Below, piece after piece: positions 24,896 to 37,684 of a DNA stretch of 64,000 bases. How positions within the stretch are numbered: position 1 is the stretch's first letter; every line of letters begins with the position of its first letter. Made by a program: the position numbers and the translations under genes. This DNA is from Phoronis australis (Eukaryota > Animalia > Phoronida), in NCBI GenBank assembly GCA_002633005.1, contig NMRA01000197.1, positions 293,351-357,350 of the forward strand, given 5' to 3'. The notes under the pieces were generated by a model. That model saw only the letters and a program-made list of their open reading frames with translations. It did no database searches and had not been told where the DNA came from.

Positions 24896-27800
24896 TGCGG
24901 TCAGTAGATATCAATAAAACATTACCAGCGGGTTATCCAACAACAGCGCTTATTACACTGACAAACAGTTCCGGATTGGTTTGCTGCGCATGCTCCACCT
25001 ACAGCACTCTATTCAAACATGGAACACAAGACAGGACATAGAATGATCACAAACAGTTATATATTTAGCATCCAATTACATGTACACATAATTAATCAAC
25101 TGGGAATCGGTTTAATCATTTAATATTAAAATTAGCATTTCAAAGACTGTGACGAAGCGGGACGTGAATACATAATTACTTGACGTAGAGATGTTGTGCT
25201 TCGCGTGCTCTGGACTTACGTCATTAGCTCCCATAACGCACTAATTATGGCGCGCTAAATCAATGGTCCAATATAGCACAACAGTAAGTACATAGAATAG
25301 GCGATGACAGCTGCTGTTGTACCATTGTCTACATTTGGTTATATACGTGTTTTAAGAGGGCGACATACAGCTTTAAAAAGCGTTATTTTGCCCTATGAAA
25401 GTGTCTAAACACAAAAATCGAACAAGGCTTTTCATTCTTATAAAATAGGTCTGATACTATTACCGTAGCACGGTTCCATTTTCCTTACCAACCCAAATCA
25501 CAGGCAATGCGTACATGCGACGTTTTCAAAGTCACAATTTTAGGGTTGCCCAAGCCCAATGAACTCTGAAGTATTTTCTTGGTTCGCCGATGGTTTCGAT
25601 GCTGTTGTTGATAGAGCGATAGAACCCTATACAGGTAGGTAATATTGAGACAGTTTTCTTTTGAACCATCGAAACAGGGCGAAACTCAGCTTTCAACATG
25701 TTGCACAATAATTCATAATATTCACACTGTAGTCCTAGCAGTACATTTACGTACGCCTTCTGGCCGGGCCCTCTATATTAAAGAGGGACCCACTTTTAGA
25801 CCCAAAGTTCAATTTCCTGCCTGTCGGTTTAATAAGAATGGGTCATTTTAAATAATAAGCTCTTAGACACTAGTCCTGTCAAAGAATTCAGCATTTCATA
25901 ACTAATATTTATGAACATCTAGCTGGTAGACGGGTGAAGCAAAATAAAACTCCTCGAAAACAGAAATAATATTCAAACATTTGACTGAAAGAGTAATACC
26001 AGTAGTAAATAATCTTTTCACAATCTGAGCTCAATTTATGACACATCCTTTCTGGGTAAGATATTCAATATTTACAACATTCTGAATTTCAAACCTTCCG
26101 GCATAGGCAATATCGATTGCGTCAATGAAACTAACAGTTATACACTATTTGTATATTGAAATTGCCAAGATAAATAGTCGTTACAGTCTGTACTCAATCA
26201 TTGCCATGTTAGTTGCGTGTTTCTTCCGTCTCGTATTGTAATGAACGTATACTCTCGGGGAAATTTTGCGTACGGAGACGGTGATTTTGAATGAAAGACA
26301 AATACTACTGTTCGCTTGATTACTGCCTTGGTTAAAAAGTAGTCCTACTGCAACTGGACACAGACAAATCTATCGAAAGCTTGAATTCCCAGTTTGCAAC
26401 TGAGAAACTATTGTCGTATCGCCGACTTTGTTGTTTGACGAAGTAACTCTGACCATGCGCAATTAAGATTAGATTAGTACCACGTGCACAAAAAAGCTTT
26501 AAGAGGCGTGCAACGCCAAAACTCGTATTAAATACCTTTTAAACTTATCTCGGCTAGTCTACTTTTTGGGGATGCTAACGCGAGAGCTATTCATTGTGAA
26601 TATTGCAATAAGTTCTAGAAAAAATCGTCAGCTACACCATTTTTGAAACACAGACGAAATATAAACTCTTTCATTCCAATCCAGTTTTCAAATTTACCGC
26701 CTCTAATAATTTATATGCACGCATGCGCTCAAAGAAGTCGCCCGGTACTAGCCGTTGCTTGAAATCGCCATCGCTCTGTTTACATTAAAGGTCACATTTT
26801 CACACAAGGGAAATGTGCTACGTCTGCGTCTTGCCATACCAAGTAAGGAGACATGCTTTGGCTTTTGACAAAAAATTGACGAAGTGACAAGCAGAAATTT
26901 GAAAGAAAATGAAAAATGCTTTGACATTAACAGCCATTCAAAAATTTTACAAGCAAAGTAAAAATACCTGGTGAAAAGTTTGACTTCCGTTTTAGTGGCA
27001 GAGAACAAGTTTGAATAATGCAATTTAGTCTGACTCCAGCGCCGAGTGCTGACCATTCTGGCTTTGCCATGATAAATATTTGAGTATGTACGTGGGTCGC
27101 TGACCGAAAGATACTATACTGTAGATGATGAATGGATTCTGCGTAAATTATCCTTGAGGGAACAGCATGTGAGACATATGGTTTATAACAAATGACACTG
27201 ACTTTTATGCGACTGCAAAGTGATCAATCAAGCTATATCGAACTGAGTTAAAGTTTGTCAGAGTGGTTACTTTAAATATCAAAATATGCATTTGTTAGTG
27301 GTATATGCTTTAGTACAGTAGTTCGCCTTTCCAACGCCAGGTATCCTCACAACTGACAATCAAACGCAGTGATTGACAGTCCGTTGAATGTGCACACTGT
27401 GAATAAAAAGTGTACTAGATCTATATAGTTTTTTTTTTCTAGACAGGCGTCTTTTAAGGTTATGTAAGAACCTCGGAAAATGAGGCGGAACATCGTGCGT
27501 CAGAAATGGCAGATCGGATTCATATGAAACTTGGCAGATGCCTTGGTTTATGCAATTTTCTACAAGACAATGTTAACAACAGTTTTTAAGCTGTTCAATC
27601 CACTTTTACATGACGCATTATCAGAAATAGGACTTCTGTTCTTCATGAAAAAACTCAAAACCTGCATAAAGCAAAAAACGAAGCGATAATAACGATAATT
27701 GTAACAACACTTTTGCGAATCTCTCTTGAAATTTGGTTGACATGTTATTGATGCCGTTGTTTTGCTCAGGATATTGCTCTCCTTTCTGCTACATTAACTA

Positions 27801-29056
27801 AAAAATAAACGGTCACGTGAACCAATCAGGAGAAGAGTGGCATAAAGCCAATCATCCAATTCTACAGACTTTCTTACTTTCAGAAAATACATTTATCGAG
27901 TTAGAATCTAAAGTTTTGTAAATATTTGGATGAGTACTTTGACCAGTCAATAAAGTACCAAGTAACCTAAAGCTGTTGAATTGTTATTTCTTGAATCGAG
28001 TTTAAGGATATTATGGATTCCATAGATTTGTTTTGAAGTGGACACGGAATTTTACATAGCCCTGTAGCACAAATAAAATTTAGTTGCTTCTGTTTTTAAA
28101 TCGACTTGGCTACGCCTCTACATGCAATGCATAGTATAGGCTAAATGAAACCACCCCAAGGGATTGGTCTACCAGAGTTTGGCCTGTGCCAGCTCTTGTT
28201 TATATTTGAGGTTCAAACTTTTCCCCAAACTTCTATTTGAAAGATTGTTACGTCTCGTTTAAGTTGTACATCATATGACCTGACACGTCTTCCCACTGCC
28301 ACACAATTGGACTTGGTCGTGATTTAGACATAAGAAATTGGCATTTGTTTTGTAAATAACAATTTCTGCTTTTGTTTTCATGTATTGTATTTAAGCCTGA
28401 GCTGTTGGATGCTTTCACTCTAGAAACAGAATTCGAGGGCTTAGACAACAAAATGAGAGAATATTCAATCAAGCCATGCGTGCATGAAACAACTGGTTTA
28501 TACACACATGCTATTTGGGAATTTTTACTCTAGGTAAAGAAGCATCTGTCACGGCTTCGCAATTATTGGTTTTCTGTCGAATCAACATCCGGTAAACGTT
28601 ACGAATACCAGTTGGTGAAAATAGCTGTGACATAATATCAACTATATGTCAACTTTGCGATATTTGCCTTAGATCCTGCCAGTGATGTACTCTGCCCTGA
28701 GGCTTGCCATAAAAGCAAACTATCCCCTGCCTTGGCTACCTTGGAGACACGTGGCTCATTTTCGTGTCAAACAATTTACCTTGACGTCATTCTAAATCAA
28801 AATTATCCGGTTTTAGCTCAGAGTACCCATGCAGCTATTTAATCAGGTGTTTACTCTGGGATTGTATATTTCACGGTTGAAATATTGACTGAGCTAGATT
28901 TAGAATATGAAAGCTTTGCTTTGTCGTTTATCCGATCATTGGTCGTTTTGGTTTTCCCTCACCCAATTACTTGTTAAAACAATTTAAAGCGCTGTTTCTT
29001 TTCAATGCTGTCGTTTACGATGTTGCTATCAGCTCGTCTTTACCTAAGGTGCATGC

Positions 29057-29102
29057 ATGTGTGTGTGCGTGTGCGTGCGTACGCGCGTGCGTGCGTGCGT
29101 GC
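29057..29102. repeat. (GT)n/(GCGT)n microsatellite
   Basis: Direct reading. Confidence 0.9.
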
Positions 29103-32100
29103 TTGTTAAATCATAGATAGATTCTGTAAGAAATCAAGAAAGCTGCGATTCTGATGTTGTTTTGGCAGGATATCACATTTCTAGATTCACACACACACAC
29201 ACTGTCAAAGACGTTCAGAAACAAACGTGACACGTATATACGTGACTGTTGCGAAGATCAGTGAAGTGTTGGTAAATTAATCATATAGCTTCCGTGATTT
29301 TCCGTTCAGCCTCCGGCCACAAAACGGAAATTAAAAAAGACAAATCGGAAACGGCTAATCCCACGAACTTGTTGCGCGTTCAGTCAGGTTAATAACTTGC
29401 GAATGAAAATTTGTGAGATCACGAACTTCGTTTGTAACCCATGACGATGTCCCCGAGAACATGCGTGTTTAACCACTCACAAGAGTGCATCCAGCTACCA
29501 GATGGCGAGACTGGCTCGACCAAGAGTCGATCACCGAGAACTACCAAAGCGCATGTTGCGGAAGTTGACGAGATTTCTGAGTTCGCAAAAATTGTTCCTC
29601 AAAGAACTGTTTTAAATCGTGATTGAAAGTTATAAACCTTTCAAAGATGCTCTTTACTGGTACCCTGTCAGATTGTCTTCACTTGTTATCCGACATGTTG
29701 CACGCCCCAGATAATTTCGTGACCAGGCAAGTACCGAAGAGCCCGGCCTACCACATACAAGTTTCAGTTGCTGAACACTCCTTTCACCATTTTTGTTTCG
29801 GCTTACCTAGGGAAGACGATGCCACAAAGCCAAAACTCAAACACTCAGCCGAGACAACAACGCACGCCCAGAGGACAACACATCGCCCTTACCGGGACGA
29901 TCCTACCTCATGCCAAGAATTGTACCTCAAAATCCAACGCTCCCTACTGGTTTGGTAATTGACGGTCCATTATGTTGCATACCCCACAGAATTAATGAGG
30001 CACAGAATACTGGATGGACTCCCCTAGTGTGTTTGTGGTGGGTCTGATTATCAAAGAACGATAACACTGATCAACAGCTTGAGGCAATTGTCCTAACGAC
30101 AACAGCCTGAGGTCTTTGGCGAACCGGCAATTCCTGAGGTAGGCAAACCGGTCGAGTTGCCCAATCCCGACCGGTTTGGGTGTCAAAGTAGTATTCTCGT
30201 CATGTGAACACGAGACACTGATACCTGGGACATTAAAATACCCACCTGAGTTTCCAGCTAAGTGGGCATGTATGTAGATTACTTTTGGTCTGGCATTTTC
30301 CGAATGTACGCCCCGTGCTTGTCTGTAGAAAATTCCGCTGGTATGTTAACACTTTGGTGGCAGTCAGTCAGTCGGAGTATGAACGTCAAAATGCGTTGTT
30401 TTATTTGTAATAATAAAACAAATGCACCTCACCAATCAAATTATTTCTAGGTACCGTGACCAATGTGAGTCGACATTCTTATCCCACCGGAAGCACAGTG
30501 TCAACATTCTGATAGTGGTTCGGGATCTGTGTGGAAAGTATTTTCTAGGTTGTAGCTGACATCAAACCTTATAGGAAAACTTGGTGCATGTAGTTCGAAA
30601 TTGCGCCTGAATATCAAAGTAAACTTCTACTGAACAGTTAGATATGGAAGCGATATGAGGAATATTTCCCAGTTGATTGTAATCACAGATGAGAAAGCCG
30701 ACGAAGATTATTTCCCGGCAGAGACATCACGCTATTGATTTTTACGTACGAATGGTTACGAATACCGCTAGTTATTGTTCACGCCACTGAATTATTTGTC
30801 GACTAATATTTATACACTGATATTAAACAATTTTGAAGTACTTCCAACTGGATACATTGAACTGTCATGATAAACAATGGCGCTACTATCCTCAATTATA
30901 CCGTTGTCATGGTAACTATACGAGCCAAGTGAATCTGAACGGAAATTCCGACACTGAAACTGTGGCCATCAGTGTGGTGGCACCTAATCTTTGTATTGGG
31001 TCTTTATATTGATACGGTCTCTCTATCACCTTATTCATCTGGTAGCTTCGTCTTCAGTTTATAATATTCCCGAACGAACTAAGGAACAGAATAAGACTGA
31101 TATTATCAATTTGATATTTCCACGGCAAAAACGTGTTTGATTAAATAGATCTGTAAGACTGCGCATGCCAAGAAAAAGAAAACACAAGGCTACAAATTAA
31201 ACATGCACTCTCCGTCCATGTCATGAACGCGCTGGTGTAAAGCGGTCATGAACCTGCTTACGTCGAAAAAAACTAACTTTTTGTTTAGACTATCTACCGC
31301 TGTAAAATTAACATCTCTTTGTTCCTTACTCTGATGAGAAGTTTGGTCATATAAAGAACTACCAGATCGTTATTTCCTAATGCCAAGCTTAATACAGTTG
31401 CGCCACCTAGGGTCACTGTTTGAGTGACAGAAAATTTAGTTCAAAATGCATTGTCTACAACAAAATGAAATGCAACGTCCTCAGCGTGCCTATATACACT
31501 GGTCAAAATGTACAGGTTCCAGCACAGCGAATTTTCACGAGTGTCGCCGCTTTCAACCTGAACAATGATTTGTGAAGAATATTGTACACAGGTGGCGTAC
31601 ACTGGATATGCTCCAACCGAAAACCTTCTTTTCTTTAAAATACAGCGCAAACAGTTGTTTTTATTTGCCTCTATGGTTCAAAACGCATTCATGTACAAAC
31701 GAATTGTGCTATGGAAAATCTACAACGGAGTGACGTTTTGATAAAAGTTGCCAACAAACTGCTCTTTTTAAAAACAGAAGAATTTTATCTTGCGGCACAC
31801 CTTAGTTACCTGCTCCACAAGGTGTCAAAAACAGTCGAGTAGGAACTAGTACCACCAGACTATTGTAGTGAATGTAATGAATGCGTTCGCGGATGTATTC
31901 GCTTCCATCACCATGTTTTCATAATCCCGGCACCATGCGTAAACTTTGCGCCGTTTACGTGTTAAGAAAACCGTTTAAACATTCATGAAAGTCGGTTGAA
32001 ACAATCTAGCTCGATGCATAAGTCATACGATCCGATTTTAGCAAAGGTTGGCTTTTAACGAGTCATATAACTTGAGGGTTTGGAAGCCTTGTTGACAACT

Positions 32101-34745
32101 TGTCATCGCGATACATCTGCTCTTAAACGAATTTTGTAAGATCAACTTCCGATGCCCAAAAAATTGAAAATTCAATCTACAGCAAGTAAAAAATAATGTT
32201 AATTTTATTCATCATTATTTTAATTGTTGGAGAATTAAGTTGCTGATGTGCTATCTTATTTGATTCACGTTTCCATACAAATGAGGCTGTGAGTACTCAA
32301 AGGCACCTCAAAATACTGTACCAATACGTTGGGCCTTAGGCGCAATTTTGCCTCTAAATTTAAAAGTACTCTACTGCGACTATAAGAAGGCAAAATGATT
32401 TGCCTTGGGAAATGTATCAATCGCATAAAGCTTTCGACACTGATCTCATGAGTTTTCAAGAGGAAATTTCTCATAGCAAACATTCGGGCGGGTGAGTATC
32501 TATAGACTATTGGGAGTGCTGATCAGGTGCCTGCGTCAAAAATCACAAATCGGTACAAGTAGTCCTATGTAAAATCCTCGATCATGCAAACCATCGGGAT
32601 TGAGCACTAACTCCTATCGAGTTTTATTGAGCCACGCAGGTGATGGGTACAGCTAATAACAACAGACGATTTTCCACCGGCAACTCTTCGACAAGGCAAA
32701 CACGAGTTTTAATGGGAAACTGTGACTTGTGGTCAGAATGTTGCGCAAGACAATACTATATTCACTCATCATTTTCATAATAGCTTGTGGAAAAGTTCAC
32801 ATTGAAAATCCACAACAAGCTTGAAAATCGATAATACTCTAACCGTTCCTGCGTGATAGTAGACGCATCTTAAAATCCCAACTTAAATAACTTTAACATA
32901 GTATAACGTAACACATGAAGGGGACATGTATTGATCTTCTGGTTATTTTAAGATCACCAGAACAGTCAGACCAGAAAGCCTTGGGGAAAACGAAATCGGT
33001 TTAAAACTAAGTTAATTTCTTCCTGATTTCAACCAAAATGTGACTAGTCGGATCAGTTAGACTTTAACATGTACAATAAGAGACCACTAACTTCGGGGCC
33101 ATTCTCTTGAAAGCAGTCATCCACGAGCCTTGATTTATAGCAATAACGAATTATTCCCAAGCGTGTTACCATACCCAGAAATCTCTCCTAATCTGAACGA
33201 CGAACAAGACCAATTACCGCTAAGTGGTCTGAAACAATTCGGTCACTACCATCACCGCCGTCGCCAACACCACAAGAACGGGCAAATAGAAACTTGATGA
33301 TGTCGATATGATTCGGAAGCTTTTGGGTGAATTATGCCTTGCACTGACTAAACTGTCATCAAAGTCACGTTGTTATCAATATCTTTTGCTCACGGTTGGC
33401 CGGTTAGGGGCTATAATACTTCCCATCGCTTTCTGTACGCATTTCGTTCCATGTATTTTAAACGGGCGGTAGGCCAAATCCGGCCACGGATTTTGAGTTT
33501 TCACCTCGTCAAAAATACATTCCACACTTAAAATGATCACTTAAAAAGGCGCTTAATTTCTTCATTGGTCCTTTCCTCTTCTATACATGTCTTCGATAGT
33601 TGTGAGAATTAAGATGACTTTGGCGAAGAATTCCAACTCCAGTTTTTTGGTTGCCGTTAACTTTTTCACCACGCGCGTGATAACCACAAAGTATGTCAAC
33701 TGAGTCACGTGAGTTAGGCAAAAACTAGCGCGAGACTGAGCGAAGCGCGTGACGCTAGCGCGTGACACTTGCAAAATAGCATGAAAAGGTATCAGGTGAA
33801 ATTTGTAAGATTTGTGTCTCTTGGACTTTTTATTCGTCAACATGCGTAACTTCCTCAAAATGGCACCCGGTAAGAGAAACTCGAGCAAACCGCGACAGAT
33901 TGTTCATCGATTTGTTCAAATTATCTTGACTGAATCGTCTCCAGACTTTTGGTATGAGTTGTTTATAACTCCATGTGCATATATGCATGTTTCATTTGAT
34001 TTTATTTCCTGTATTTTGAAATGCATAACTTTTTATGAGGATGTACTATCGCCCCTGTATCACCCTGCGGCATCCAGGGCGATGTAATTGCCTATCACGT
34101 GCTAGGCTTTAAATTTACCATGTACTTGATATATAGGTGAATATCAAATCGATATGATGGTTATTTTCGACTAATTAAAAGGCGTCTGTATGACGCTGAT
34201 TCAGAGCAGTGCCCTGATTATGCAGTCTTGGCCCTCGTAGTTTGATTTGCCTCCCTGGTCGTCACAATTTAATTCCTTCCTGTCGCTGGCCACGTTCAGT
34301 CTCCTTCGCGGTGGTCAGCAATTTTTGTCCAAATTTTACCAGGAAGGCCCCTGCGTATGCGCAACATTTGCTCAGGATCCAAAGCTGTAGCTAAGGTTAA
34401 CGGATAGTGTTTCCGCAGGTGAACACGCCTCGTGCGCTATGGCGAAGAAACTTACAGAACGCGACTACCCTCCCCCGTCTTGATAGAGTACGAGCCACAG
34501 TGCCATTCAGCGTTTACAAATATCAAGTGCAACTCGAGAACTTTAATTGATTAGCGTCCGATTGTTTTGGCCGCAGTTTAATGATCATTTATAAATTCTG
34601 GTCAATCGTAACAGCCGCCGCGAAGTAGACCGAACACGGGACCACTTCCGTTCCGTGCAATCAGTCCATTACGTTCAATTTTACAGTTAATTGGGCTCAT
34701 GTTGTAGAATTATGAAAAGTGACGAGAGTACTTCCCTACTGTATG

Positions 34746-35056
34746 CAGGGGCCGATCCAGGATTTTGGGTAAGGGGAGCCAGGGCACAGGAATAACCAGA
34801 ATTTCGCCACATGAGTGCGCACAGCCTAAAATGTAGGGATGCAGGGGGCTCGACGTTTTGGGTTTGTGGACTTTATTAATAAAAAAACTGTAAACGGGAT
34901 TTCTTTAAGGCCTATGTATTGTGCATTCGCCCCCGAGCCCCCCTGGGTGCGCGCATATACTAGTCAGCAATTCGCACCCTCAGGCTGGACAAATGGTATG
35001 TGGGAGAATTTTAGGGGGGACATGGCTCCCTTGGCTCATCTCTAAATCTGCCACTG
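34746..35056 (+). mobile_element. MITE (CAGGGGCCGATCCAG...CTAAATCTGCCACTG) with 5-bp TSD GTATG
   Basis: GTATG at 34741-34745 and 35057-35061; a related copy lies at 37456-37684. Confidence 0.75.
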
Positions 35057-35088
35057 GTATGTTAATTAGAAATAGCCCATGGTGATCG

Positions 35089-35193
35089 GTTCCCAAGATC
35101 GGTCGGTAACTCGCAATTTTTAACACTGCGCCCGGCAGGTGGCATGACGCATGTATCCCCTAGCGTGAGCAGTGTGAAAATGGCGAGTTACCG
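35089..35193. repeat. Short palindromic element
   Basis: TTCCCAAGATCGG..TAACTCGCAATTTTTAACACTGC pairs with GCAGTGTGAAAATGGCGAGTTACCGATTTTGGGAA. Confidence 0.55.
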
Positions 35194-36478
35194 ATTTTGG
35201 GAAGTGAACGAAGGATTGCTCCAAGAAAAAGTTTGATAACGGGAATATTTGTTCGAGGTGGAAGGAATTAAATACATCGACGGCCTCCTAAGTTGTCCCA
35301 TTATGCCGCGCAAAAGATATTTCTAACAACGTTTTAGTCTGTGTGAGGCATAAGCGCCTATAGGAGCCCCATCGTCTCTGTTGGCTATGCCAGTGTCTAC
35401 AACAAGGTCCACATGAAGAGTTGCTCTTCATGTGACGACACCTAGGGGCTGGAAGTATGTCACCAAAGGCCTGTGTGTATCAGCGAGTCTTGACTGGCAT
35501 AACGTGCTTGCACCACTGCGTATGTCACGCTTCATGCCACACAAATAACGCTGAGAAAGAGAGCCTATAGGTTGTTGCGTGGAGTACTGAGACACTGTAA
35601 TGAGATGGCGTTTTCTCATTGGAAAGGTCTCCTACAAACGGACTAAAGGTACTCCCCTTCAGAGGGAGTGGGATTAGCGACCCGGTAATAAATTTAGGGT
35701 AGCAGCGTAAGTCAGTAGGAACTTTTAAACCGCCGGAATAAATATGGCTACCGCAGGAAAATGTTCTCGGTTTGACGAAAGTTCGCCATTGGCTTCCACT
35801 CAGTCTCAGTCTTCGGATCGCGTTCAAATTGTGTGGTTGTTTTTTATGTGGTTAATTCACATTTCGTAGAATGTATAAAAAAGACACCGGTACTGGATTT
35901 TTTTTATCTGCGCCGTTCCTTAGGTTAGGCAAAATATTTAAGTTAGTACTCAGACCCGAAGTCCACTTGTCGGCGCTTAAGTTAAATTGGCCCTCTTTAA
36001 CCGGCACTTGTATTTGAGTAGCTAAGTCCGCAATTTGAAATAGGAAAAGAAATTACCCGCTAAAGTTCAAGAGCTAACCTGTCCTAAAAATTCAGAAGTC
36101 GTTGAAGTCGACGGTGTCACTACAGCCATGCAAAACCATTTCCAATGCATCTGTTGACCCACAAAAGATAGGTAAACCTTTTTGAATTTTTACTCTATCA
36201 CATTCCACTCTCGAGTTATAATGGTCATCTGCAAATTTGGCGGCCATTTTTGTCCGCCATCTTGAAAAACTTCCGCCATTCCAATTCCAGTATACTTTTT
36301 TCTCACATTAAGGGGTGTGGGAGGATACGATTTATGCAATAAAACCTTCTGTTGCAAGTTGTCCGGGTCATTCGTAGAATGACTGGACGATAAATGACAT
36401 TCTTGCCGTATATGGAAAAAAGTAGGTCAGCCGCAAAATGTCCATGTAGAGCACCAGTTCGGCTTCGGGTTTGAGCAA

Positions 36479-36745
36479 CATGCGCGCACCCTGCCTAAAA
36501 TATAGGGGTTCGAATTTTTCGATATGCGGACCTTTTACTGAATAAACTTAACGAGGACTAAAAAAACGGGGCCACTAGGTTCAGGCCTACGAATTGTGCA
36601 TCCGCGCCGAATTCCTGTGGACTTTGTGGACCTTTTTTCTCGTGTACTCTGACTTTTTGTTTCACTGAGGCGGACCTTTTTGCCCAACTCGCCAAATTGG
36701 GGGCTCGTTCGAGCCCCCCCCCGAGCCACCCTGGATGCGCCCATT
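36479..36745 (+). mobile_element. CATGCGCGCACCC-family MITE
   Basis: Ends CATGCGCGCACCC / GGATGCGCCCAT; similar to 23882-24090. Confidence 0.6.
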
Positions 36746-37241
36746 TGGCTATTAAATCTGCGAGACGAATGTTTGTGAAGAATAAATTTGTTGCTTGCTT
36801 AGTATTGCGAAGTTATGATAGATTTTAGACACGGTAAGTGTAAATTTTAACGTACGCTGCAGAAGACGCTAACCACACGATGTTTCCGGTGACCACTGCC
36901 ACTGGTGCCGACTTTTATTCCCGTGAACTCCAAAACCCGAGTTAGACATTCGAAAAAACGAGTAGAAAAAGTACTGAGAAATACACCTCAGTGTGTACCG
37001 AATGTGACATTGGTCATACGTCGAAGGTTCAATTTTTATCTGAGAAAGTCAACTTAGATACAATATGCGGACGATTTTCTTATGGGACTGGAATTTAATA
37101 AACATGGACCGGCGTTTCATAAATCCAGCAGAACCTCTGGCTAATGATAATGCATCTTGAACAAGCGTCTCGTTTGGCCCATTTCGCGTCATCTTTATTC
37201 GAGACTCATTCCATATTGTCCGTTACATATACGCCAAATAT

Positions 37242-37244
<3 letters not shown>

Positions 37245-37288
<44 letters not shown>
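37245..37288. repeat. (CA)n microsatellite abutting gap
   Basis: Direct reading. Confidence 0.97.
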
Positions 37289-37455
37289 NNNNNNNNNNNN
37301 NNNNNNNNNNNNNNNNNNNNNNNNNNNNNNNNNNNNNNNNNNNNNNNNNNNNNNNNNNNNNNNNNNNNNNNNNNNNNNNNNNNNNNNNNNNNNNNNNNNN
37401 NNNNNNNNNNNNNNNNNNNNNNNNNNNNNNNNNNNNNNNNNNNNNNNNNNNNNNN
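37289..37455. other. Assembly gap
   Basis: Run of N. Confidence 1.
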
Positions 37456-37684
37456 GGGGGGGGGGGGGGCAGCTAGGGCACGGGAATAACCGGAATTTCG
37501 ACAGATGCGCGCGCCTAGCCTAAAACGTGGGGACGCAGAGGCCCTCAGTTTGTTCAGGGCCTTTGCGTTGTTTATTCACCCCCGACGAGCCCCTGCTTGC
37601 GCGCACCCGAACTTCCAAATGGTATCTGGTAGAATTTTAGGGGGGCATGGCCCCCTTGGCCCCCCCCCCCTAAATCTGCCACTG
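37456..37684 (+). mobile_element. Second copy of the 34746-35056 MITE family (left end in gap)
   Basis: Shares AGGGCAC.GGAATAACC.GAATTTCG, AGAATTTTAGGGGG and the TAAATCTGCCACTG end. Confidence 0.7.

Noticed and set aside
29441-30186. Cluster of GC-richer short ORFs (possible retroelement or exon)
   Set aside because: No recognisable domain motif or convincing splice pair was found by eye; BLASTX would be needed.
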